Made by a program: the position numbers and the translations under genes
Part shown: piece after piece, positions 14,348-26,897 of the stretch
How the letters are laid out: every line of letters starts with the position of its first letter
How positions within the stretch are numbered: the stretch's first letter is position 1
Notes under the pieces: model-generated
The model's database searches: none
Told to the model about the DNA's origin: nothing
What the model saw: the letters and a program-made list of their open reading frames with translations, nothing else
Assembly (NCBI RefSeq): GCF_009914755.1
Contig: NC_060925.1
Origin: the human T2T-CHM13v2.0 reference genome, Homo sapiens
DNA length: 64,000 bases
Strand: one strand, 5' to 3'

Positions 14348-14434
14348 TTACATGTGTGAATATTATTTACTTCTCCATATATTTAAATACTTACATGTGT
14401 GAAATATTATTTAACTTCTCCATATATTTAAATA
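14348..14434. repeat. ~43-bp tandem duplication
   Basis: ttacatgtgtgaa(a)tattattta(a)cttctccatatatttaaata at 14348 and 14391. Confidence 0.9.
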
Positions 14435-16202
14435 AATGTTCTAATCATCAAACTAATTCTACTAGGAAAGTAGTACTTTTCAATTTAAAAAAGAATCACC
14501 CATCAAAAAAATAAAATTTCAAAGATTATTTTTTCAAGAATCATCTATCATTGATTGAAGCTGCCTATAAAAATTTTAATATCACGTACAGAAAAGCTGA
14601 ATTTCTTTCTCTTTTTTTTCTTCTTTCTCTTTTTAACAATCTTTCTCCCTAAGGCATTAATGGTAGGAAGTACATGCATATAAGGAAAGCATTCTTAAAA
14701 GTTGGGATTCTATTTTCATAATTATTTCTCTATCCATTGAATAATACTTTGATTAGTTTTTAAATGAGTAACTCTAATAATTTCTTTGTGATTTTGTTTT
14801 TGCAAAAATTTTATAATGAGGTAATCTAGTTATAATGAGCTAAAAAGATGTAATTTTTCACTGGCCTAGGATTAGATTTGTACATTCATAGCATAAGTTT
14901 TACTACAGTAAGATAAGGTAGTTGAATTTTAATATGTCTCAAGGTCAGCAAGTATTTTACGGTATTATGGGCATAAATAATCTGATTTTGACTTTAAAAT
15001 CATATTTTTCCTATCATTAGACAGAAGGACAATCAAGGCTGGTATTAGTGTATTTTTGAGTTTAGGATTTTTAAATTCACTTTCTCAAACTCCTTAATAA
15101 TGGATTTCAAAGTAGTTCAATATTACAGAAAAATATGCTCTGAAGGCATTTTTATTCCCAAATTTTAATATCCATATAAAGAATAAATGCTTTGTTTTTT
15201 TAAAAAGGAAGTTATTTTAACTTAGAACTATGTTATAAAGATATTTTTAAGTAGCCATTAAAATATATACAGAAACAGTACTAGTTTGCATTTTTGTCCT
15301 GTACTAAGGAATATGAAGGCCAAAAATAATGCACTTTTGGAGACTATTTAACGTGACATACAGAATATGTCCCATTATAAGCTGCAGACACACGCACACA
15401 CACACACAACCCTCCGCAAGATCAAAGACCAGAAGAGAACTGGCACTTAATTTATCAGCCTTTACAGACAAAAGACAGTTTTCGTCATTTCAAAAGGATC
15501 AGATGTCTTTTATGACAAACTGGGTTTGCAGTTTAATTTACAAATAGAATTCTAAGTAAGCAGTCTTTGCTCTGCCAAAGCAAATGACAAACAGTGTAGG
15601 TTTTCATTCTTGCAGCCCTCAGCAGGATAGAAAAGATTAAAATAAAACTGAAATAATTTAGAGAAAACAAATAAATGTTTCAGAAAGTTGAGGGAGATCA
15701 AAGCCAGAATTTTCTGACCCCAACTGTACAAGCATTTCTTATTATATTGACCAGTAACATCAGATCATTAATTAAAAGGAAAAGCGCTGGCAGGTGGCAG
15801 GGAAGCAAAAGCCGATAATTGGCCCCCTTCTTCTTCTTGCCTTCAAAAACTCTCTCATTCTTTTGCAAGACATGCCACTAGGCAGACAGAAATGCCTACT
15901 TTGTAATATAATGATTAAGATGAGATGAAGAGACTTAGGTTTAAAGAAACTCTGCCTAATGAATGCATCTAGCTTTTTAATTATGATCTTACTTTTACAA
16001 TAAGGAATATGATGTTCCATTCAAAATCTCAACTGCTAAAAGGTAAAAATATTAAATATAGAATCAACATTGATTTCTCTCACACCCCATGCAAATACCC
16101 AACCCTTTTATTTCAGATATTAAAAGTGGGAAAAATAACTTAGTAATTCAGAGGTCCAGGAGAAAACATATATGTTCACCACTGAATAGCCTTCATACTT
16201 AC

Positions 16203-16304
16203 CACATCACTTGGTAGGTTGTTCAAGTCACTAAATGGTGATTCTAATGTGTTTGTATCAACATTTAACATAACAACATCTTCCAATGATTTGTTTTTCA
16301 CTCT
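16203..16304 (-). CDS. DENND1B: DENND1B coding exon (probably exon 13), 102 nt, phase 0-0: [34 protein letters not shown]
   Basis: taatag|AGAGTGAAA...GATGTG|gtaagt; DENN motif V...VD and LP. Confidence 0.95.
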
Positions 16305-18796
16305 CTATTAAAAAAAACACAATTATGAATACAAATCAGTATATTTACTTTACAAAGTTATGATGAGTTTGGAAACAGAAAACATTATCTTAATGCATTA
16401 GGCTTGGGAAAAGAAAAAAGGAAAATCCTATATTATGAAAGGATAGAAACAACTTTGCCTCCTGAGAAAGTCTGACTACAACTCATACGAAAAGATTTAG
16501 TAAAAATGCTTAAAATTGAATATTTCCTCATCTTATATTAAACATAACTACAACAAAAATTCTTATAAAATAGGCACAGTTATATCAAACTGTAAACAAA
16601 TTATATTCTTTAAAATTTACCCATTTAAGTTCAGTCCCATGAAACAAGAATTCATGGCCAGCTCTATACCTATGTTTAGCATAAAGCATATTGCAAGGAT
16701 AACATAAACCAATAACTATGACTACAGCATTAAACTATAATTTAAATTTTTTGTCTATATTCTATACAAAAAGGTATATGTTGGTGATGAGGACTGAAAG
16801 CTGAATAAGAGAGAATAAAAGGATAGCAATATGGAATTTATTGTTAGTAATATTTCTCACATGAATTTCAACAGAAGGTACCAAATTTAATAGCCTATCA
16901 GACTATCTTGACTTGTCCCATTTGTTTGAAAGTTTAATCAAAATAGTCAAATTATCTCAATATGTCTACAAATAATAGTAAATAAGAATTTTATCATAGT
17001 TTTCATCCTTAAAGAAAATACTTATGGTTCATTTTTCCTACTTAAACTAATAGGTATACTTAATTCATATAATTTTATTAGTCTTATTTAATTTGTAACA
17101 AATAGTATTATTCCTTAATAAGTGCTCATTAATTAAATACATTCATGAACTCTGAATTTCATAATTGTATAAGTCAACTAGCAATAGGTTAATAATTTGA
17201 GTGTAGTATTTTTTAAGTGGTGGTCTACAATAATAGTCATTTTTGAAAACTGTCACTTAAAATCTTATTATTACCTTATATTTTAAATTGGCCAAACTGG
17301 TTATTCTAAGTTGGTCATAATTAAAATTTCTCTGATTCATTTACAATTTCAAATCTCTGCATATTAGAATGTTAAACTTTCTAAAGCAATGGTAGTCTAA
17401 AGCAGAGAATTTCCACATGTTAAGAAAGGCATAATGTCTACAGTGAGGACAGATGATTCTAAAAATCTGTCTTCTTTATTATAAAGACTTAAAAGATGGC
17501 CATTTCTAAGATATTAGCAGCGAATCACTTATAGTGATACTACTGCAAAAATATTTACAAATACACTTATTTCCTTTTCTTTTCACATATATGCAAAAAG
17601 CTTTAAGTACATATATGTGTAGTTACCTATAAAGTAACTATAGTATAACTACAGTAACCTATTTTATAAGTAAAAATATAAATTATGTTAATTGCATTTG
17701 TGTGAAAAAACATGTCATAATTTTGATTTTCATCTTCAACTTTAAGTTGTCATTTTATGACAGAAACTATAAAGATAATCTAATAAACCTGATGTATTTG
17801 TTAAGGGATAAAATGAGTTAGTCTGTAAATAGCCTAAGATAAAGCTATGTGCCCCCAAAGTGTTTCGTGAGGACATTATCACTCAACTCAGAACAAGGAA
17901 ATTGGTACTACTATGACATGTACAATTTTTTCAAAACTGCTCTTAGTTTTAAAAATCTGGTAATTGCTGAATATTAAATTTTATTTAAGGGACCACTCGA
18001 AAAAGAATAGAAAAATATATTCATTTCAAATTAATAAACTGAGATTCCCTAACATGAAAATAATTCTATTAATACATTAACAAAAAAGGAAAAAATAGAG
18101 TGTAACAAATTTTTTTAAATTTGGATTAGTATCAATATTTCATCTATTTTTTCCCTCCAAATTAGACTTCAGCTATTTTTTTTTTCTAAATAGGCATTGG
18201 AAGTCATGTGGTATATAAAATGGTACCTCCTTCTGTGTCTCACTGTTACATCTCATAAAGTTATGAGATACAAAATTAAGAAAATTTAAAAAATTATCTT
18301 TTTCTTCAAAAATAAGAAAATAATATTAGACATAGACTGAAATGCTTATTAAGAACAACTGTAAGGTGGTGAAGTTAGTGAAGTCTTTCTCACACCCTCT
18401 ATGTTTAACTTTTCCATACAATATGGCTACAAAGGTACTTTTGCACATTAATACAAAGAAATGACATAGTGGCAGCAATCACATGATCTTATAAACCTGG
18501 GTCAACATTTTATTTAGAATCCATTGTATATTAAAACAAACAAGATAATCCTCACATTTGTAGCCTTTACTAATTTATTCCTAATGACCTGCAGGCTTTA
18601 GTCTGCCTTGAGTTCATCCCCAAAGTCTAGTTTTCAGGCAGAACAAAATGTCTTTAGCCTTTATTTTAGAAGGAAATTTGTATTTTAAAAAGATCTGGCC
18701 ATCCTTTACTCATAATTTCATTAAAACAACTGAAAGAAAGATGTTAAGGGATATGAATTTCATGACTTTGAACAACTACATTTAGAAGTTGTTACG

Positions 18797-18879
18797 TTAG
18801 GTTGGTGCAAAATTAACTGCAGTTTTCGCCATTAAAAAAAAAAATAGCAAAAACCGCAATTGATTTTGCACCAACCTAA
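18797..18879. mobile_element. MADE1 MITE (Hsmar1-derived, Tc1/mariner)
   Basis: TIRs ttaggttggtgcaaaa...ttttgcaccaacctaa, ~80 bp, followed by TA. Confidence 0.92.
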
Positions 18880-21062
18880 TAACACAATAAAATGTGTTGA
18901 AACTCTCTTGACCAAGAGAGAGGGAATAAGAAAATATTTTAATTATTCCTTAAAGAAAAAATTGGTTGTAATTGCCAGGCAAAATGCAAACATTTACTCA
19001 GTTCAGTCTTACATACTAAATATGTAAATAGCTGTATCAATATTTTAATTATGAGACCATTTTGGTAAAATTAAAAAGCATAAAAGCTAGAAATTTTAGT
19101 GAAAAAATCCGCCTAATAGTGGCATAACAAGAATGAAATTTGCAGGATTTACATCATCTTGTAATAGATTAACAAGAAAGTTGCTGAATGATATCCAATT
19201 GTTTTAAAAGAATTCCTGAAGTCCCCAGTATAGCTTCTCATTCACTAATAAACCAATTAAATAAAATAAGGCTGACTATTAAGACACTTAGATAAGTCCA
19301 GAGTATGAAAAATACAGAGATTTCAACCAGTCTAATAATGGCTTCAAATATTCTCATTTAATAATAAGAGCCAATTTAAAGTTAGAATGGATTATTCTCT
19401 AAGACAACACTTTTTAAGGAGCAAATAATTCTTAAATTTGCTACTTAAAAACAGTATTGGTTTTATTTATAGGTATCCAAGAATATATGATAAATTAAAT
19501 TGAATGTTTAAAATATATACCCTTTTATACAGTATTTTGGAAACGCTGAATCATTTGCTTTAAAAGTTGATGTAGAATCATTATGCAAAAAAAAAAATTA
19601 ACATCAACAGGTAACCAACAACTTTAAATATTTTTCATCTCTATAAATAAATAAACATGTTATAAAAATTATGTATCCTATTAGATTCATTAAGAAGCGA
19701 CAAGTACACTAATATAAAAATCAAATTTGATGACTTTTTAGAAGAGAATCCAACCAAGGTTAGATTTTAAATGAAGTCAAATTACTGATACATTAAATGC
19801 TAGTCATATATTCCACAATCTAATAACAAATTAAGTACCTACTCATTCATATTTTATTTTATGTAATTTATCCTTTCACTGAAAGTACCTTGGCATGTAA
19901 GAATAAGTTTTCTAGAAATGAATAAAAAATAAGGAGTCATAAAGGTATCCAACTCAGACTTCAATATTACAAACAAACCTACTAAAGATATTTATTTAAA
20001 TATGTTTTTTTTGTTATTGTTGAAACAAATAAAAAATGTTGCCCTAGCATTTTGTGATAAGAAAAAATGCCGGAACCTAGAGTACTGGTCGGAATCCACA
20101 ACCTGGACCTCCTAAAGGGGCGTGACTCTTTCCCAATATGATCCTCAGGAGTTTTAAAATATATCAACAGACTCATCTTTGATCAAAGTAAGGACTGATG
20201 GAGGGTATACAGTGATGGCAAGAGGAAAACCAAAGCTAACTCATTTAGGTTGCTTATTAGAAACTGGGTTAAAGTACAATCTGTACAACCAGCAAAAAAA
20301 GACAAATTTATCTGAATAAAACTGATAGCATCTAGCATAATGACACCACTCAATTGACCCAAGACTTTGTTTTAATTAAAGCCTTTTGCTTATTTTATTA
20401 GATGCTGATCCTATACCAAGACCTTCCTGGAAATCTCACTAATTTCAAGTTCATGGTGTTAATAGTTCAAGATCTTTCACTATAGGAATAACTTAAGTGA
20501 CAAAAATAATTTTAAAATGATGTGGTAATTGTGGAAAAAAATTACTAAATTTTATATTCCCCAACAGAACTGAAAATTAAAACTTAAGGCTATATTCTAA
20601 AGTTCATGATTAGTATATTAAAACCACATTTAAAATGTACACACTGATAAATGGGAACATAATGAAGTCTGCAAAATAAAAAATTTTACTTCATGACTCA
20701 TAAGTACATAAATTGTGACTTTCAAAATATAGGTCTGAAAAAGAGATATAAATGATCTCAAGTTGCCATAAAAAAAGGCAACTGATCAAGGACTGAAGTT
20801 TTAGTATTTAAAACTTACCATATGATTTCTACCAAACATAACCTATTTTTATGGATTTCATGCCATAAAAAATGGTCATTTAGTATGTTAATTTAAATGT
20901 AATTATTTCAATGTTGTCTTTTTAAAAATGATAAGCATACTCTAAATATGAAACTAGTCACTTCTTTGTCCTATACCACTGATATTTCTTCAAAACAAAA
21001 CTGTTTTAACTATTATTTTATGAGTTAATTTTATCACTGTCTCATGTCTGAAAGATACTCAC

Positions 21063-21108
21063 CTCTATGAGGCTGGAGTGTATTCCAATCAGGTATGGCA
21101 TTGGGGCA
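21063..21108 (-). CDS. DENND1B: DENND1B coding exon (probably exon 12), 46 nt, phase 2-0: (C)APMPYLIGIHSSLIE
   Basis: atttag|TGCCCCAATG...ATAGAG|gtgagt; DENN motif AP.PY.IG; its phase complements the 101-nt exon. Confidence 0.95.
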
Positions 21109-23169
21109 CTAAATTAAAAATATATATATGCATAGATTCATATAGTTCATTAAAACTGAAACAACAGTATAAGTAATTCAAAATGATTAAAAATTAAATG
21201 TATTAAATGCTCAGTTCCAGCATAACACATTATAGATATTCAAAATTATTCAATATATAAAGCTCAAATTTAATCTTAGAGGCCATTAATATATTTAAAA
21301 TTAAGATTGCTTTTTATAAACATCATAAAATCATTTATAATTTAATCAAGAGTTATAATGCCTAAAAAGTTTGTTTGTTGGTTTGTTTTTACCTTAAGAA
21401 GAATATCCAGGTCTAGGCCATAGTCTGAATTGAATCTTTTCCGTATACCTCATAGCAAATATATCTTAAATAATCATCAAATTTATTAACATCCCTTTTG
21501 CACATCTTTTCCTATTCAATTAAATTCTTATTTCTATGATATTCTTAATATATATATTCATTGATACATACCTCCTATGTCACCAAATATTTGGATCAGA
21601 GGGTCAGTCTGCAAATATCTATCAAGACTTATTGTTTGTCAGACACTGTTCTGGAACTGGATGTACAAAAGGAAACAACTTCCTCACCTACTGTGCTATC
21701 TTTCCCCTCATGTACATTGTCTTTTATTTACCTAATTTTATAAATTCAGATTTATCCAACTTTCACTTTTATTAATAATTTTAATAAATTTAAAAATACT
21801 CAAGTGTGAGAATAATCTTGAATTAATTAATTCAACACATGATATTTGGAGCATAGCAGGTGCCAGGCCTTAGGGTAGAAACTTGGGAACAATAATAGAC
21901 AATATAAACTGAATATATTCCCTATGGATTTTATACTCTTGCAAAAAATATAGATGTTAAATTTTTAATACACAGAATAAGAATTGCTGGTTATTTCAGA
22001 AATACTTCTCACGAAATACAAGAAGAAAATTATTCAACTTGACATTTCAAACCTAAAATATTATCTAACAGAAAAACATGAGAATTGACAGATATCTACG
22101 AAGTCAATAGCAGATATATGAATAAATAGCTATTTTAAAATAAAACATTTTTGGCAATTCTTTTATAGGCATCTTTGTGCTCTATTATGACACTCTTTTT
22201 CTGTTAATGCAAACAGATAATCCTCTTTCTCAAAAGATTTGCATAATTTTCTAAACATCATTGTCATTATTAGAACAGAGCTGTCCAAATTTCTGTGTGT
22301 TCACTTTGCTACTGAGAACCAGCAATAGATTACACAGCCACCCTGACAGACCCAGAGATTTCAAAGTAACCTTAAAAAGTTCCAAATTTATTTAAAGATG
22401 GCTAACCACCAATCTATATATCCAGAATTTACAAAATAAGTGTTAAAGATCTTATTTTACTCCTCGTTAGCCTGTACATTCTAGTTCATTACTTCTTATT
22501 GTACTAGATTCTAATTCCCAGTTGTCTTTGCCCTTTGTAGCTTTGTTCCTTCCTATTTTTTTTTTAATTTGAATGCAAGAGACCATCTGGAATTGATCTG
22601 ATATTCTGGATACTTCACTTGGCTGAAAGTTGAAAACTGTTTATAGGCCTTGATATCCTTAAGACCTAACAGATTTTCTACCTTCAAAAGGAAACAGGAG
22701 GAACAAATGTGTACTGTTCCACTACTTCCCTAATTCAAGTTCTCATCCCTGTATTCCTTCTAGGTCTCCAGAGAAGAAGACATAAAATGCATATCACTAA
22801 CAAATCTAGGCTTCCACAACAAGGTTTTGATACCTTTAACAAAATGAAGTTAGGCAACTCCCATAATCTTAAATATCTCAAGCCCTGCCTATGTTCAAAA
22901 TAGCATAAAATTATTAAAGTCACTGTGTAAACTTCCAATTAACCTCAGGTTAGTTTATTCTATTCACAAGATTTATAATACAGAAAAGCCCATGCTGTCT
23001 GAAATTTCAAAGTACATTTTAATGAAAGAGTTTTAAAATAGGTAAGCCTTCTAAAAACAATAATTACTAAGTCCATTTTACAAATGTTGGTGGGATAAAT
23101 GGGTGGGTCAGATTTTCTTAAAATCAGAAACAGACTGCTAAATAACCTACTGAATACATCTAGGAAAAC

Positions 23170-23215
23170 TTTTTTTTTTTTTTTTTGAGACGGAGTCTCG
23201 CTCTTTCGCCCAGGC
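23170..23215 (-). mobile_element. Severely 5'-truncated Alu (last ~29 nt plus poly(A))
   Basis: T17 followed by gagacggagtctcgctctttcgcccaggc; flanked by aaaac(t/a)tttt. Confidence 0.85.
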
Positions 23216-24299
23216 AAAAACATTTTAAACTTTATGGAAGATATACTTATCTTCAGAAGTATAAAAAACACATTGATAAAAATTGTTAGGCTGACATAAA
23301 AATATTCATTAAAAAGCTTGTATGCAAAATTTAATCATATAATAACTTGAAACTTTTAAAATGGGATCACTTGTTATCTCCACATGTTCTCTTCTCACCA
23401 ATTTCTCACAAAATCTAAAACACAGATGTTAGAACTGTAAACATTATTAACCTAGAGACTAATTTCCTAAAATAATTACATTTTGCAGAATATAGAGTGA
23501 ATAGTTGTTTCTTTCTCACAAAAACTGGATTGTGTAATCCTAATATGAAATCACCCAAATCTCATGAAAAGTAACTTTGCAAACCTAGCCTTAAATTTCC
23601 TAATTAGATAAGGGCATTAACAAGCCAAGAAGAGATTCTTGGCAACACAGATGTTTTGTCCTCTATGTGAAAAACTGTCCTAAATCTTTCTTTCAATGAA
23701 GTTATTTTGCAAAGATAGGATACAGAAGCCTCCATATGATTGCTGCTTCTTTTTGGTAGCAATTCACCTGTACTTAAGAATAGCTTTTTTTTTCTTTTTA
23801 GGTTTTCATACAAAGAGACCACTCATGACACAGACTATAACAGCAGTCTACTGGGGTAGTCTAAAGAATACAATTTTCCATTTTTTTAAAGAAAAAAAAT
23901 ACCTATTCTCTCAGAAGCTAAATCTGCTCCTTTCATAAAAAGAAGAGTCATATAGCCTAAATAGTGACTCAACCATTCATGAACAAATGATAGATAATTA
24001 CAATTTTACTAGTCCTACAGTCACACTACCTGCCATGTGTTTATGGACTTAGATAGGTTAAGACTGTCTTGCAACATCATAGACTTGCCACATTAAAGTA
24101 CTCTTACATTGGCTGATTAGGGGAAAATGCAGATGGTGTCATTTCCTCCCAGGCACCTTCCCTAAGCTACCAGGGACTGTAGGCCACTTCTTCTTATGTG
24201 TTGCCATCCATGGTCCTTTGTATGCCTATTCTGTAATACTTATAGTATTGCAGTATTACACTGTGCTGTGTGTGTGCATGTGTGCACATGTAAGTATGT

Positions 24300-24435
24300 G
24301 TGTATTTCTTGCTATCTGTGAATCCTGCAATGGCATAAACTAAATCTTATTCATTACATTACACACTCACAGCTTGGCAAATATTAATAGATGGTCACTA
24401 AGTGTTTAATGAACAAGTGAATGGATGAATGAATC
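24300..24435 (+). mobile_element. L2 3' end relic
   Basis: cttggcaaatatt...ggtcactaagtgttt...gaatggatgaatgaat. Confidence 0.6.
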
Positions 24436-26796
24436 AACAAAGTAGCAAGGCTTTATTGGTGGACCAAGATGCGATATCCATCCATGGTCACAAGATGGCA
24501 TTACGGCTCTCCACAGTCCAACCCACACCAGAGCTACCAGTTGCAAAAACAGAAATACTTTATGGAGGTAGGATTACCTCAGGATTCAGAAAGTTCCAAT
24601 CGTGCCAAAGAGTTAGCAAAGATATATCTTTTCCTATCAAATCTTCATGACACTATTTTTGAACTGGAATATTCATAAAAAGTATTTAATCAAAACTATG
24701 AGATTGAAGGGATGATCTGTAATTTTTTTCCCTTTTACATGTAGATCAGTATGATTTTTTAACCTCAAGGATGGAAATGGAAGAAAACTGTTTACCCTAG
24801 GAAACAGTTTAGTTTACCAAGTTTTCTGATGGCTATTCTTTAAAAAAATAATTATATTATATTACTCCGTTCCTATGATAGAAGCTGAGCCTATCATTGT
24901 GACCTTAAGGTTCAGGAAGTTTCAGATAACTTCTTGTTTGAATATCACTGACTTACTCTTTGAACCAGGGAGGTTTTTGGCATGCAAGCTCTTAGAACTC
25001 AACCCAAAGGCTATTTCAGACATTAGACACTAGAAAGAAAATTCCAGGGACTGAAATATGAAACAAGCTTACTTCATTGAATTTTATGGCAGGGGTAGAA
25101 ACGATTAGAAAAGATCTGGAAAAAAATTAGTACAGAACTGCCTGTGTCATATAATAATTTCTAAATAACATTTTAGAAAGTCTTAAATGTGTAATTCATT
25201 ACAGATAATTGAACTTAATTAAAGGTGTGTTATCTCTTAAGAGGTTAGAACATTTTAATAGAAAAATTAAGATGGCACTAACATCATATATAAAACGTAA
25301 TTCTAAAGATATATTATGTAAAATCATATATCAATATATTTCCAAATACTGCTGTAAAATATATTTTTAAATAAATAAAGTTTAATTACTGAACAGTATA
25401 TACAAAGATCTACTGCATATGTCAACATAAATAAATGAGACCCTCCCTTTAAGGAATGCTAAAATATTATAGGTATGTTGGTTAAAGGAAAACTCTAAAA
25501 TGAATAACAAAGGGCCTATTTATTTTATTCTTAGACTTGTGTGTGTGACACTTAACAATATAAACTACATTCCTATAGTTTCCTGCCAAACAGTTTCTCC
25601 TTTCTAGTTCTCAAACAGCATAATAGCAATGGTAGGTCACTGGGCACCTACTTCACAGCATTATCAATACTAATAATATTACCATGCTGTGGAAACACAC
25701 CAATATATTAACGTAATCAATATGTGGCCAAGTACATGTGTTGTCACTACAATCACTTGTTCTGAAGAGGCTCAGTCATAAAAAGTTAATAGAAACCCTC
25801 TGTGTATGAACTTAAATCATTTTTAATCCTTAATACTTTCTGCCTTTTATGAAATAAGAAAGTTAAATGAGTGCATTGATTCTAAAAGTGCTGTGTTTTA
25901 GTAACATTAGCTGTGAAATAAGCAAACACATTAAGGTCAAAATTGTTTCCTTCTATGTGTGTGCACAATGATTTAGAGGAAAAATCCCATCACATTTCTT
26001 AAGAATTAGGCTATACCTGCAGAAGATGATTATGCAATGAAGATAACATTTCCCCCCCTAGTCTTGAAGAAGGCCCAGAAGCTGCTATTTAGAAGTCTAA
26101 TCCTTGTTTAGACTCATGATAAATATGCAGACTCTTCCAGGTGAAGAGAACAAGGAGGGTCTAGAGGCCTGGTTATTGGGATCCTTTAGGAATTGTGTCT
26201 AATGCCAGGAAACTTTTCAGAACTACTCCCAATACTTTTTAACATTGCTTTTCATGGTGGATCAAGGCTGAGACTTTGACTTAAACAAAAAACAAGAATT
26301 CTTGTATTAGAGACAACCCCTTTATCAGTACTTGGTATTTGGTGTGCTATTATTGAAAAAAGAGGGGTAAAGAAGTGTATTCTGAAGTAAAGGTAACAAG
26401 AGTATGCCCTGACAGAGACAATGTGGTTGCTGGCAGATTTGCCAGACAAATTCTGACACCTGGGATACTGGGTTCTCTAACTGACACCATAACTTCTATA
26501 CAGTTTTCCTAACACAACTTAAGACTGTTATTTTTTTCTATTTTGCATTGAGTTATCTAAATGACTGCAGAAGAAATTCACAAAATCTAAAGAACTTTAT
26601 GTTTGCTAGGTATAAACTTGCGCTACCTTTGTACAGAATTATTCTGTCCTTCATAAAAGCCATCTTTACTATTTATTAAAATGTAAGTTTCTGTGATTTC
26701 TTTTAAATATGCCCCCAAGTTTACCTAGTTCACAAATAAACAGATAATCTAATCATGAAACCTAAACTTAAAGGAGTCTGGCAAAAGCCAGCTTAC

Positions 26797-26897
26797 CAGC
26801 AGTAGTCCAGCAGGTGTGGAGGAAGCACTGGGATGTATATGTGTTGCCAATACATTGGGTATAGAAGAGCAGCTGATCCATGGATACAGGCAGTTAA
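26797..26897 (-). CDS. DENND1B: DENND1B coding exon (probably exon 11), 101 nt, phase 0-2: [33 protein letters not shown](C)
   Basis: tttcag|TTAACTGCC...TGCTG|gtaagc; contains the DENN hallmark LLYP..WQH.YIP.LP. Confidence 0.96.

Noticed and set aside
16299-16310. Tandem AG acceptors (tagAGAG here, cagAG at 51960)
   Set aside because: The extra AGs are at +2 and +4, not an in-frame NAGNAG; no evidence of use.
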